Shown: positions 16,340 through 26,371 of the stretch, in pieces
How the letters are laid out: each line of letters begins with the position of its first letter
Numbering within the stretch: the first letter of the stretch is position 1
IMG/VR virus record: IMGVR_UViG_3300046319_000183
DNA: 64,000 bases
Direction: 5' to 3' (one strand)
Source of the DNA: a virus
Notes under the pieces: model-generated
What the model was told of the DNA's origin: nothing
Database searches by the model: none
The model's input: the letters and a program-made list of their open reading frames with translations, nothing else
Made by a program: the position numbers and the translations under genes

Positions 16340-17202
16340 AAGAACTTACAGAAGTCTTTAAAAAAACAAAGTATCCTGATGGTACTTTTTATGCTACAAA
16401 ACTCGAAGACATTTCACATGGGATTTTTAATGTGTATTTAAACTCCTACGAAGACTTATGGTTTTTAGCTCAATGTGCAAGTTTAATTGATGCTTCAAAA
16501 AGTATCATAAAAATTAATTGCATGATAGACCAACAAGCAGACAGACAGTTTGAACCAAATGAAAGTTTCAATCTTAAGATTGTTGCAAATTTTTTGAATT
16601 CTTTGAACTTTGGTCAAGTTATAATTTTTCATCCTCATTCAGATGTAACTCCTGCTTTAACTAATAACTCAGTAATTTTGGATAACTCGCTGTTTATAAA
16701 GCAAGTATTAGACATTATTACCAGCCCTCAAGCTTATGATGAAGAAGGAAAAAAAGTACCTTTGACTATGTTTGAAGGAGATTATACTACTAGAGATACT
16801 AAAAACTTAATTTTAGTGTCTTCTGATGCTGGTGGAAACAAACCTTTGCAGAAACTTTGTGACAAACTTGATTGGAAAGGAGAAACATTTTCAGCTTTGA
16901 AAGCTAGAAAATATGTTCATGGAAAATCTGAACTTACACAAGAAGTTTTAAGGGACAATTTTGAAGGTAAAGATTTACTCATCGTAGATGACATGTGTTT
17001 ATATGGAGGAACATTTATAGGACTTGCTAAACTTTTTAGAGAAAGAAATATAGGTAAATTGAACTTAGCAATAAGTCATTTAACTGTCCCTAATCCAAAT
17101 CCTTTGTTGTTTGAACTATATGACAAAATTTTTACTACAAATTCAAAACAATTAGAATATGTAGTTCCTTATCAATTTCAAGATAAACTTGTAATTTTAT
17201 GA
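16336..17202 (+). CDS. ribose-phosphate pyrophosphokinase (PRPP synthetase)-like protein, possibly ADPR-PP synthetase (Adps)
   Basis: PRPP-binding motif LLIVDDMCLYGGTF. Prs-like NLILVSSDAGG. Length 288 aa. Confidence 0.6.
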   Translation: MKELTEVFKKTKYPDGTFYATKLEDISHGIFNVYLNSYEDLWFLAQCASLIDASKSIIKINCMIDQQADRQFEPNESFNLKIVANFLNSLNFGQVIIFHPHSDVTPALTNNSVILDNSLFIKQVLDIITSPQAYDEEGKKVPLTMFEGDYTTRDTKNLILVSSDAGGNKPLQKLCDKLDWKGETFSALKARKYVHGKSELTQEVLRDNFEGKDLLIVDDMCLYGGTFIGLAKLFRERNIGKLNLAISHLTVPNPNPLLFELYDKIFTTNSKQLEYVVPYQFQDKLVIL

Positions 17203-17588
17203 CACTTGTAGAGATTTTTTCAATAATCTTTATACATTTTGTAGCAGATTTCATATGTCAAGATGAAGAGTGGGCTTTAGGTAAGTCAAAAAAATTTGAA
17301 CCTTTAATTACTCATACAGTAGTTTATTCAGCAGTATGGTTATGGGTAGGATTAGCTTTTATGTTTAATGGTAAATTTAAACCTTTAGATGTAGCTGCTT
17401 TTGCTTTTATAACTTTTGTAGCACATACAATAACTGATTATTTTACTTCTCGGTTAGTTGCAGAAAAGTTTGATAAAAAAGAACTAGGTTCTGCTGTTCC
17501 AAATTTTGGAGCATTTACTTATATAGGGGCGGATCAAGTTTTGCACTATTTACAATTATTTTTAACTTATTATTACTTATGCCATTAA
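17199..17588 (+). CDS. hypothetical membrane protein
   Basis: Multiple hydrophobic helices. Confidence 0.4.
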   Translation: MTLVEIFSIIFIHFVADFICQDEEWALGKSKKFEPLITHTVVYSAVWLWVGLAFMFNGKFKPLDVAAFAFITFVAHTITDYFTSRLVAEKFDKKELGSAVPNFGAFTYIGADQVLHYLQLFLTYYYLCH

Positions 17589-17875
17589 TATTTTTAGGTT
17601 CTCTAATTATCTTAATGTGGTATATATCACATTATCAGATAAAACCAGACTATGAAGACTATGAAATAGTAGAAATTCAAAGTCTAAATAGAAAATCTTT
17701 AGTTATGTACAGCCAGTATTCTATTTTCTATACTATTAGAATTTGTGGTATTTTATCATACAAAGAAAGATTTAGAAATGAAGTAGATGCTTATTTATTT
17801 CCTTCAAAAGAGCAAGCATTGTCTCAATATAATCACCATATAACCCAGAAAAATGAGCATATTCACAGCACCTGA
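17579..17875 (+). CDS. hypothetical protein
   Basis: ORF track. Confidence 0.3.
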   Translation: MPLIFLGSLIILMWYISHYQIKPDYEDYEIVEIQSLNRKSLVMYSQYSIFYTIRICGILSYKERFRNEVDAYLFPSKEQALSQYNHHITQKNEHIHST

Positions 17876-18314
17876 ACCAATATTTCCAAAATTAACTGTA
17901 TTCTTAGGTGGTACAATAGATGATGGTAATTCTACAGATTGGCAAGACAAATTAGTAGAAAGATGGAAAGATTTAAATCTTGACATATACAATCCAAGAA
18001 GAAAGCAATGGGCTTCAAGTGCTTCTGATGAAGAAATAGACAAGCAGATTGATTGGGAATTAGAAGCTATGCAAAAATGTGATATTATCATTTTAAACTT
18101 TTTGCCAGATTCTAAAAGTCCAATTAGTTTGTTAGAATTAGGTTTACATGCTAACTCTTTGAAATTGTATGTTTGTTGCCCACCAGAATTTTATAGATAC
18201 AGAAATGTGTTAAAAGTTTGTGAGAAATTTGGTATAGTTCATACTCATGAACTTGAAACTTTGTGTATGTTAATAGAAGGTCATGTTTACGTAAAAACTG
18301 AATTAAATGGATGA
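17853..18314 (+). CDS. nucleoside 2-deoxyribosyltransferase-like (NDT/Rcl fold) protein
   Basis: KLTVFLGGTIDDG ... KCDIIILNF ... SLLELGLHA, typical of the PF05014-like fold. Confidence 0.45.
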   Translation: MSIFTAPEPIFPKLTVFLGGTIDDGNSTDWQDKLVERWKDLNLDIYNPRRKQWASSASDEEIDKQIDWELEAMQKCDIIILNFLPDSKSPISLLELGLHANSLKLYVCCPPEFYRYRNVLKVCEKFGIVHTHELETLCMLIEGHVYVKTELNG

Positions 18315-18738
18315 ATTTTTAAAACCAAATGCTCAATTTAAGAGATTGTGGGAAGAGTACCATAAACATAAAGGACTTATTATAGCTGTAGATTTTGACT
18401 CAACATTATATGATTTTCATAAAAAAGGAGAAACCTATGAAATGATGTTTCAACTAGTTAGAGATTTACATAAAATAGGATGTCACATTATTATATGGAC
18501 TGCAAACAAAAATACAGAGTTTATAAAAACATATCTAGCAGAAAATAATATTCCATATCATTCGATAAATGAGGAAAGTCCTGCTGGCCTAAAGTTTTTA
18601 TACAATTCAGACTGTTCTTTAATACCTAGAAAGCTATATGCGAATGCTTATCTCGATGACAGAGGAGGACTCATACAAACATATGCAGAACTAGAATTAC
18701 TAGTTTGGCTATTACTCAATAAATATACTTATGTTTAA
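18307..18738 (+). CDS. HAD-superfamily hydrolase (small)
   Basis: Motif I IAVDFDSTL (DxDxT). Confidence 0.5.
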   Translation: MDEFLKPNAQFKRLWEEYHKHKGLIIAVDFDSTLYDFHKKGETYEMMFQLVRDLHKIGCHIIIWTANKNTEFIKTYLAENNIPYHSINEESPAGLKFLYNSDCSLIPRKLYANAYLDDRGGLIQTYAELELLVWLLLNKYTYV

Positions 18739-18768
18739 CTTATTTAAAAACAAAAATTCCAAAAGATA

Positions 18769-20511
18769 ATGGAAAAACTAGAAACAATGTTTCGCATAAA
18801 TCCTTTGTATGAAGCAGATGGTTACAAACCAGGGCATAAAGAAATGCTTGCTCCTGGAACAAACAAAGAGTACTTTACATGGATTCCAAGAAATCTTAAG
18901 TACATGCCAAAAAGCATAACAAAAATCATGTCTGCTGGTCAACAATTTACTTGGAGATACATTCATTCAGCTTTTTCTGAATGCTTTTTCTTTACAGAAA
19001 AAAGAAAAACTTTTAGAAAAGAAACTTTAGCTTGGCATAAACATAAAAATCAAGCTTTAAAATTTGCTGAAGATTTAAGTTTCTACTTTGGTATGCCTTA
19101 CGATGGAGAACATTTTGCTGCACTTTGGGATTTAGGTTATTTGCCTGTAAAAATCAAAGCTTTGCCAGAAGGTATGTTTACTCCTCCAAATATTCCACAT
19201 ATGACAGGTATCAATACTGTTGATGGATATGCTTGGTTAGGTTTGTTCCTTGAGACTTTGGTATCAAAGCTTTCGTGGCAAATGCCAATTGCTGCTACTC
19301 TTGGATTTGAATTTAAGAAAAATGCAGTAGAATGGGTAAACAAAACAGACCCTGAAAATTTATGGCTTGCAGATTACATGTGTCATGATTTTCATTCAAG
19401 AGGAGGTAATCCATTTACCTCAATAGCAGTAGGTCTTGGTCATGCTTTGTCAAATTCTGGTTCTGATACACTTAATGTAATTCCAGCATCTCGTTACTAC
19501 TATGATGTTGCAGATGATAAAGTTCTTATCAATTCAGTTTTGGCTTCAGAACATTCTGTTACTTGTACTGGAATATTTTACTATGAAGCTAAGCTAAAAG
19601 ATGGTAAACTAGACCAAGAGATTAAAGACTATTATGCTTTTGATGCTCCTTCTGAAGGTTCAGTCGAAAATCCCGACTATCTTGCTATAGCAGAACTCTT
19701 GAATCTTAGAGATTGGCTATTGAAATTTCCTAAAGGCATTTTGTCAGTAGTTTCTGATACAATGGATTTATGGAAGTTGATTACGCATATTCTGCCTAGA
19801 TTGAAATCTTTGATTATGGCTAGAGATGGAAAACTTGTAATTAGACCTGACTCTGGAGACCCTGTAGAAATTACTTGTGGAATAGGAAATAGAACTGAAT
19901 ATACTAAAGATGGTATTACTACCTACTTTAGAGATGAAGCTATGACTCAAGAAATCTCTATAAATGAAAAGAAAGGAGTAATTGAGTTGCTTGCTGATAT
20001 TTTTGGTACAGTTGAGACTTCTACTGGCTATAAACGCTTAGACTCGCATATTGGAGCAATCTATGGTGATTCAATAACTTTAGAAAGACAAGTACAAATT
20101 TACTCTAGACTTGCAAATAAAGGCTTTGCTGCCACAAATATTGTTCTTGGCATAGGTTCATACACTTATGTGTATATGACAAGAGATACAGCAGGTTTTG
20201 CAGCAAAAGGAGCTTGGTTTCAAGTTCAAGAAGTAAAAGAACCTACTGGTTATGGAACATATCCTGGTTTAGAAACAACTTCTTACAATATCTACAAAGA
20301 CCCAGTAACAGATGATGGGACTAAAAAGTCTTTGAAAGGAATGTGTGCTGTACATAACGATTATGAAGAACCAGAAGGTGACACCTTAATTGTTAAACAA
20401 GAATGTACTGAAGAAGAAGAGGCTCAAGGTCTACTACAAGTAATATATGAAGATGGAAAATTCTTCAACCAGCAGACATTTGAACAAATTAGAGCAAAAA
20501 TAAACAAATAA
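18769..20511 (+). CDS. nicotinamide phosphoribosyltransferase family protein (NadV/NAMPT-like, or Namat)
   Basis: N-terminus EADGYKPGH matches the NAMPT tDSYKvtH segment. Length 580 aa. Confidence 0.65.
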   Translation: MEKLETMFRINPLYEADGYKPGHKEMLAPGTNKEYFTWIPRNLKYMPKSITKIMSAGQQFTWRYIHSAFSECFFFTEKRKTFRKETLAWHKHKNQALKFAEDLSFYFGMPYDGEHFAALWDLGYLPVKIKALPEGMFTPPNIPHMTGINTVDGYAWLGLFLETLVSKLSWQMPIAATLGFEFKKNAVEWVNKTDPENLWLADYMCHDFHSRGGNPFTSIAVGLGHALSNSGSDTLNVIPASRYYYDVADDKVLINSVLASEHSVTCTGIFYYEAKLKDGKLDQEIKDYYAFDAPSEGSVENPDYLAIAELLNLRDWLLKFPKGILSVVSDTMDLWKLITHILPRLKSLIMARDGKLVIRPDSGDPVEITCGIGNRTEYTKDGITTYFRDEAMTQEISINEKKGVIELLADIFGTVETSTGYKRLDSHIGAIYGDSITLERQVQIYSRLANKGFAATNIVLGIGSYTYVYMTRDTAGFAAKGAWFQVQEVKEPTGYGTYPGLETTSYNIYKDPVTDDGTKKSLKGMCAVHNDYEEPEGDTLIVKQECTEEEEAQGLLQVIYEDGKFFNQQTFEQIRAKINK

Positions 20512-20517
20512 ATAATT

Positions 20518-21609
20518 ATGCAAATTATTAAAACAGGTAAAGAATACAGTTTCTACGAAAATATTGAGACTTTTGACTTACTTCCTACCAAAGAATACAA
20601 ACTTCAAGAAGGAGCTTTTGGAAGACTTTTTTTAGAAGAATCAGAGCCTCAAACTTTGCCTGATAAAATTTATTCTAATGACAAACTTTTTATTGAGCAT
20701 GTTCAAAACGTATTCTCAAAGAGTGATGATTCATTAGGCATTATGCTTTATGGTAAACCTGGATTAGGTAAGAGTTTCACTGCCAAAGTTTTAACTCAAT
20801 CTTTAAATCTACCGATTGTGCATATTACAAAAAATACGCATTCAGGTATGTTTGACTTGCTAAACAAGATTGAGAATCCTTTTGTAGTTTACATTGATGA
20901 GTTTGAAAAAATTTTTCATGATGAATCTGAAAAAGTAAGTCAAATGGAATTTTTGAGTTTTTTGGATGGAAACAACAAAAGCAATACAAAGAAGTTGTTT
21001 ATCATCACTTCAAATGCAAAAATTGAAACTCATTTCTATAACAGACCTTCTAGATTACGTTATGTTCGTAGTTACTACAAACTTGACCAAGCTGTGATTC
21101 AAGAAATCATAGATGACAAGCTACAAGACAAAGCTTTTGTAGATGATTTAATTGAAAATTTGGATGTAGATACTTTAAACATTGACATACTTGTCAAAAT
21201 TATAGAAGAAGTTAATTTAACTGGATGTCCTTACAGTCAGTTCAAATCTTTCTTCAACTACATTGTTGAGAGAGCTACATATCATATTCATCATTTGGAA
21301 AGTAAAGAGCCTTTTAAACTTGGAGCCAAAATTGGAACTAAACATTACACTGATTACAACTTTGAAAGTTATTTTGAAGATTCTTCTAATCTTGAACAAG
21401 GTAATTACTTTCATCAAGAACGTAAAAAAGATTCAAATATCTACTTGTATGGTCTTGAAAGAATGGGTTTTTTTGAAGGTGGAGAAGTAGTTAAAGGCAT
21501 GAAAGTTACCAGAAGCTATGACTCTAAAACTGGTGATGAAATAAATAAAACAGAAGAAGCTTTATTTTATCTAGAAAGAAGCTTCAAGAACATTCAATAT
21601 GTATTATGA
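20518..21609 (+). CDS. AAA+ ATPase
   Basis: Walker A GKPGLGKS. Walker B VVYIDEFE. Confidence 0.55.
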   Translation: MQIIKTGKEYSFYENIETFDLLPTKEYKLQEGAFGRLFLEESEPQTLPDKIYSNDKLFIEHVQNVFSKSDDSLGIMLYGKPGLGKSFTAKVLTQSLNLPIVHITKNTHSGMFDLLNKIENPFVVYIDEFEKIFHDESEKVSQMEFLSFLDGNNKSNTKKLFIITSNAKIETHFYNRPSRLRYVRSYYKLDQAVIQEIIDDKLQDKAFVDDLIENLDVDTLNIDILVKIIEEVNLTGCPYSQFKSFFNYIVERATYHIHHLESKEPFKLGAKIGTKHYTDYNFESYFEDSSNLEQGNYFHQERKKDSNIYLYGLERMGFFEGGEVVKGMKVTRSYDSKTGDEINKTEEALFYLERSFKNIQYVL

Positions 21610-22025
21610 GAATTTTGTGGCTTGATGATTTGAGAGACCCTTTAACATCTCCTTGGATTAGATTAATATTTCAAGCTGCTCCAGAAGTTTCACTCAGCGA
21701 CATAGGCTGGGTGAAATCTTTTGAACACTTTGTACATGATATATCTACCTTGGGATTACCAGAAGTTATATTCTTTGACCATGATTTAGGAGAAAAAGCT
21801 ATGAATCATGCTATAGAGCAGGACTTTAAAGACTTTGACTACTCAAAAGTCCAAGAAAAGACTGGATATGACTGTGTTAAGTGGCTTATAAACTACTGCG
21901 AAGAAAACAATTTACCATTACCTGTATATTATTTTCAAACAGCAAATCCTGTTGGGAAAGAAAATATGCAAAAACTTTTAGAAAATTATGATAATCATAA
22001 ACGGAGTCAAATATCAGGGCAATAA
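21606..22025 (+). CDS. hypothetical protein (possible receiver-like/flavodoxin fold)
   Basis: ILWLDDLRDP ... VIFFDHDLG. Weak resemblance to a CheY-like fold. Low certainty. Confidence 0.35.
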   Translation: MRILWLDDLRDPLTSPWIRLIFQAAPEVSLSDIGWVKSFEHFVHDISTLGLPEVIFFDHDLGEKAMNHAIEQDFKDFDYSKVQEKTGYDCVKWLINYCEENNLPLPVYYFQTANPVGKENMQKLLENYDNHKRSQISGQ

Positions 22026-22344
22026 TGTTCAGATAATCAATAACAATGTTATAATTGATGGAAAGTCTCAATCATTACCAAGTGACAAAGAGATTCATAT
22101 CAAAATAGATACAATAAATTCTTTGCATGTAGACTATGCAGCAAGTATTTCTGTTGAAAATGCTAAGGCTATTACCAGTACTTCTGGAGATATTCAAGCA
22201 GGTCTTGTTGAAGGAGATATAAAAACTACTTCTGGAGATGTGAATTGTAAAGATGTTGGAGGAAATGTTACTACAGTATCTGGAGATGTTCAAGCCCAGA
22301 AAATTTTTGGTTCAGTTAAAACAGTATCAGGAGACATATATTAA
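21988..22344 (+). CDS. repeat protein, bactofilin-like beta-helix repeats (TSGDI/TSGDV every 10-13 aa)
   Basis: SGDIQ, SGDVN, SGDVQ and SGDIY repeats rich in G/V/T. Confidence 0.35.
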   Translation: MIIINGVKYQGNNVQIINNNVIIDGKSQSLPSDKEIHIKIDTINSLHVDYAASISVENAKAITSTSGDIQAGLVEGDIKTTSGDVNCKDVGGNVTTVSGDVQAQKIFGSVKTVSGDIY

Positions 22345-22886
22345 TGAGCCCATTACAACAACAAATTGATTGGCTTATAGGGCTACATGAAAAGACTAAT
22401 CATTTTTATGATAAGTACTTACCTTATAAGTTTCATTTACAAATGGTAGCACAAGTAGCTGAAGATTTCATGCATTTGTTACCTATAAACACTTTTATAG
22501 ATTCTTTTTCTGGAGTAGATATAACAGCAAGAACTATTTACTTAGCTTGCTATGGACACGATTCTATAGAAGATACAAGAGCTTCTTACAACGACGTGAA
22601 GATGCAATTAGGTTCTGATATTGCTGATATTATCTTTGCTTGTACTAATGAGAAAGGTAAAACAAGAGCAGAAAGAGCCAATGCAAAATACTACAAAGGT
22701 ATAAAAAACACAAAAGGTGCAACTTTTGTAAAACTTTGTGATAGAATTGCCAACGTACAGTATTCAAAAATGACTAAATCAAGGCAGTTTGATATGTATA
22801 GACAAGAAAATGAACATTTTACAAGAAGTGTGAATGCAAAAAAATATCCAGAAATGTTAAATTATTTAAACAATTTATTTTTATGA
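22344..22886 (+). CDS. HD-domain phosphohydrolase (DatZ/YfbR-like size, 180 aa)
   Basis: KFHLQ ... CYGHDSIEDT ... CDRIAN, the H/HD/D metal-binding pattern. Confidence 0.55.
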   Translation: MSPLQQQIDWLIGLHEKTNHFYDKYLPYKFHLQMVAQVAEDFMHLLPINTFIDSFSGVDITARTIYLACYGHDSIEDTRASYNDVKMQLGSDIADIIFACTNEKGKTRAERANAKYYKGIKNTKGATFVKLCDRIANVQYSKMTKSRQFDMYRQENEHFTRSVNAKKYPEMLNYLNNLFL

Positions 22887-23089
22887 ACATCTACGTAAAT
22901 AACACAAAAGTAGGAAATTCTTTTAAAACTGTAAAAAGAAAAGTAAGAAGATTTCAAAAAGATTTAAGTTCAGGTTCTATAATCGAACTGCGTTACAAAA
23001 AATCTGTAGTAAAATACAAAATTGAAACTACTCTGAAAGATTCTAGAAAAACAAAAGGAAACTTAAACGTAAGATTTATACTATTATGA
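22883..23089 (+). CDS. small basic hypothetical protein
   Basis: ATGA overlap. Lys/Arg rich. Confidence 0.3.
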   Translation: MNIYVNNTKVGNSFKTVKRKVRRFQKDLSSGSIIELRYKKSVVKYKIETTLKDSRKTKGNLNVRFILL

Positions 23090-24315
23090 TTTTTGGTCAA
23101 AATTTTTTAGACTTCTTAACATATTGTCCAACAGAAATTGGACAATATATCTTTAGTTTTGCAAAAGACTCAGGTTGCAGTAGCTATTTTGACAGTTCTA
23201 AATATAAATATTTTGAGGTAAAAGATTCAAAACTTTATTATTTAGCTAAAAATAGAACTTTAAAAATTTTTGAATCAGGAGAAATAGATTTTTCTAATTT
23301 TCAAACAGGAAAACCTGGAAAAATTATAAGAAGCTTTTTAAGTCCAACAGGTTTAGAAAATTTTGATGATGATGATATTGAACAATTTAATAATTGTTTT
23401 AAATCTAATTTTTCAGCACAAGATTTAACTTTCAAAAGACATAGAGATTTTGCAGATACCTATCAGAGAAATGTAAGAAAATCAGGGACAGTTTTAGAAA
23501 GAAGTTGTATGCAAGATAAAAGCACTGCTTTATTTGATTTTTATAAAGAAATTCCAGAATGTTCAATTTTAGAATGTAATGAAGATGGAGATCTTGTAGG
23601 TAGAGCTTTAATTTGGGAAATTGATGGAGAAACTTATATGGATAGAATTTATGCTGAAAGCCCTTTAATTCTAGAAGAATATTACAAATATGCAATAACT
23701 AATAAGTTTTATAGAAAATGGGCTCAAAATTACAGTGATACTCAATATTGGATAAGTCCTGAAGGTACTCCAATACATAAAGTTTTAAAAATACAGGTTG
23801 AATTTACATGCCGATTTTATCCTTATCTTGACACTTTTAAATATTACGAAAATGATTCTAAAACTTTAAATAATGGTGTAGGATTTGTAAGTAAAGAATT
23901 TATCCGAACTAGTGGAGGATACGAAAATAGATGCAGTCAGTTTAAACCAATAGTTGAAACTACATATTGTAAACTTACAAATACTTGGGAAGACCCTTCA
24001 GAAGTAGTAAAAGTTACTTTAGGTGCGTATGCAGGAACTTTAGTAAATAAAAAACATACTCTAATAACTTTATCAGGTGTTTATTATGTAAAAGATCCTG
24101 TAGTTGGATTTTTTTATAACCCAAGTGCTTATAGTGCTAAATATTATTTAATTGACCCTACAAAGAAATTAGCTCACTTTAATGGTTATGTTATGTATTT
24201 AGATGAGCTTTTGCATGAGTTACAAAAAGAAAGTGCTACTATTTATGGTTCTAAGCCTTTACACGAAAAATTAAATTTAATTATTAATCAAAAATGGACT
24301 ACTACAAACGCTTAA
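23086..24315 (+). CDS. hypothetical protein
   Basis: ORF track. Confidence 0.5.
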   Translation: MIFGQNFLDFLTYCPTEIGQYIFSFAKDSGCSSYFDSSKYKYFEVKDSKLYYLAKNRTLKIFESGEIDFSNFQTGKPGKIIRSFLSPTGLENFDDDDIEQFNNCFKSNFSAQDLTFKRHRDFADTYQRNVRKSGTVLERSCMQDKSTALFDFYKEIPECSILECNEDGDLVGRALIWEIDGETYMDRIYAESPLILEEYYKYAITNKFYRKWAQNYSDTQYWISPEGTPIHKVLKIQVEFTCRFYPYLDTFKYYENDSKTLNNGVGFVSKEFIRTSGGYENRCSQFKPIVETTYCKLTNTWEDPSEVVKVTLGAYAGTLVNKKHTLITLSGVYYVKDPVVGFFYNPSAYSAKYYLIDPTKKLAHFNGYVMYLDELLHELQKESATIYGSKPLHEKLNLIINQKWTTTNA

Positions 24316-25283
24316 AGGTTAAATTACCTAAACTAAAAAATGTAGAAGAATTAGCATTAAATATTGATGTTCCTTTACTAGTTACTTTATGTAAGCAACA
24401 ATCTCCTTCTTATTCTAAAGCTCAATTAGAAAAAAGAAATTTTTTAAAAACTTGGATTTCACAAAACATAGAAAATGTAAAAACATCTATTGATTCTTAT
24501 GGAAATCTATATGTTACTAAAGGAAAATCAAAAATATATCCATGTATCGTATCTCATTTGGATATAGTTCATGATATTAGGCCTTTATTTCAAGTATGTC
24601 AGAGTGGAAATATTTTGTTTGGATTTGATAATTTGACTGGAGAACAAACAGGAGTTGGTGGAGATGACAATTGTGGTATTTATATTTGTTTAGAACTTTT
24701 AAGATTATGCGATAAAATCAAAATTGTTTTTACTCTAGATGAAGAAGTAGGTATGATTGGTGCTAGAGAAGTTAATTTAAGTTTCTTTAAAGATTGTTCT
24801 TTTTTAGGACAACCAGATAGGAGGTCTGACACTGTAGATTTTATTAACTTTACTAATGGAATCCAAACTTGTGATGAAAAATTTACAGATTTGATTACAA
24901 AAGAGCTAAATGAATACGGATATAAGATAACCAGGGGTTTAGCTACAGATGTAGGACAATTGAAATATAATCCAGAAGTAACTATTCCAGCCTTTAATGC
25001 TACAAATGGTTCTTATAGGGAACATAGAGATAATGAAATAATTCTATTAGACTTTGTTCGACTTTCTTTGAACTTTTTTTATGATGTTATCCAAAAAGTA
25101 GGATATAAAAAGCATCATTATGTTTCACAAATTCCTGTATATCCTGTTACAAAGTATAAGTCATATGATAGTCTTTTAGATTATAATTTATGTCCTGCCT
25201 GCTTGACTGAACTAACACCTCTGTCTAAATTATCTGCAGAATGTACTTCATGTAATAAAAAGTACTGGAATATTTACAATTAA
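24294..25283 (+). CDS. M42/M20-like metallopeptidase-fold protein
   Basis: VSHLDIVHD ... GGDDNCGIYICLELL ... DEEVGMIGA, resembling M42 aminopeptidase motifs. Confidence 0.4.
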   Translation: MDYYKRLKVKLPKLKNVEELALNIDVPLLVTLCKQQSPSYSKAQLEKRNFLKTWISQNIENVKTSIDSYGNLYVTKGKSKIYPCIVSHLDIVHDIRPLFQVCQSGNILFGFDNLTGEQTGVGGDDNCGIYICLELLRLCDKIKIVFTLDEEVGMIGAREVNLSFFKDCSFLGQPDRRSDTVDFINFTNGIQTCDEKFTDLITKELNEYGYKITRGLATDVGQLKYNPEVTIPAFNATNGSYREHRDNEIILLDFVRLSLNFFYDVIQKVGYKKHHYVSQIPVYPVTKYKSYDSLLDYNLCPACLTELTPLSKLSAECTSCNKKYWNIYN

Positions 25284-25286
25284 ACT

Positions 25287-25991
25287 ATGGAAATATATGA
25301 AATAGGAGGGTCTATTAGAGACAGATTACTTGAGATTCAATCTAAAGATAGGGATTTTGTAGTAATTCCTACTGCAAGTACTATAGATTTAGCTTGGAAA
25401 GAAATGACTACTTACCTAGAATTACAAGGGTATCAAATTTTTCTTGCAACTGAATCTTGTTATACAGTTAGGGCTAAGTTTCCTACCATTCATGAAAATG
25501 CAGGTCTTGTAGCTGATTTTGTTCTTGCAAGAAAAGAATTAGGATATTATCCTAATACAAGGCAGCCTATTTTAGCTCCTGGAACTATTGCAGACGACGT
25601 TTGGAGAAGAGACTTTACAATCAACACTTTATTTGAAAAAGATGGAGAAATCATAGATTTAACAGGTAGAGGTATAGAAGATTTAAAATTAAGACTTATC
25701 GATACTCCTTTAGATGCTTATATAACTTTTAAAGATGATCCTCTAAGAATTTTCAGAGCTATAAGATTTTCTATAACCAAAAAGTTTAATTTGTCAGATA
25801 ATGTAGCAGACGCTTTACATTATTCTTATGATTATTCTACAATAAGTATTGAAAGAGTTAGAGAAGAACTTTACAAATGTTTTAAGTTTAATACAATGGC
25901 AACTTTAAAAATGCTTTACAAATTTGAAGCTTTGCAAAAATATGCTTTTGACCATACAGGACTCTGGCTTAAACCTACTACAGAATGTTAG
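25287..25991 (+). CDS. tRNA nucleotidyltransferase / poly(A) polymerase head domain (CCA-adding enzyme family), minimal 234 aa
   Basis: YEIGGSIRDRLL...DRDFVV matches the Pol-beta-type NTase head of CCA-adding enzymes. RRD-like motif WRRDFTIN. Confidence 0.6.
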   Translation: MEIYEIGGSIRDRLLEIQSKDRDFVVIPTASTIDLAWKEMTTYLELQGYQIFLATESCYTVRAKFPTIHENAGLVADFVLARKELGYYPNTRQPILAPGTIADDVWRRDFTINTLFEKDGEIIDLTGRGIEDLKLRLIDTPLDAYITFKDDPLRIFRAIRFSITKKFNLSDNVADALHYSYDYSTISIERVREELYKCFKFNTMATLKMLYKFEALQKYAFDHTGLWLKPTTEC

Positions 25992-26371
25992 AAACTGAAA
26001 AAATAAGAAGGATTTGTTCTAGTGTAGTTCAAAAAATGAATTTTTACATTTCAGAACAAGGTTTACCAAGAACTGAAGAACATGCTTTTGCTTTAATTTT
26101 AAATTTTATGCAACCCTTGAGGTTACATGTAGGTCACCATGTCTATAAGTTTTTTAAACCTAGATGGTTAAGTATAAGGTTGACTGAAGAAGGTTTACAA
26201 AAACTTTCTTTTTTTTCTTGTGAAGACACTGCTTTCGAAAGTTGTAGACTAATAAATAGATTTTTAGAAGAAGCAATATCTAATAGTCCAAAAGTTGAAG
26301 ATACTAGGGTTAAAACTCTAGAAGGCTTTAATAAACATATAAAAAATTTATCAAATTTTAAATTTCAATGA
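25985..26371 (+). CDS. hypothetical protein
   Basis: ORF track. Confidence 0.4.
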   Translation: MLETEKIRRICSSVVQKMNFYISEQGLPRTEEHAFALILNFMQPLRLHVGHHVYKFFKPRWLSIRLTEEGLQKLSFFSCEDTAFESCRLINRFLEEAISNSPKVEDTRVKTLEGFNKHIKNLSNFKFQ

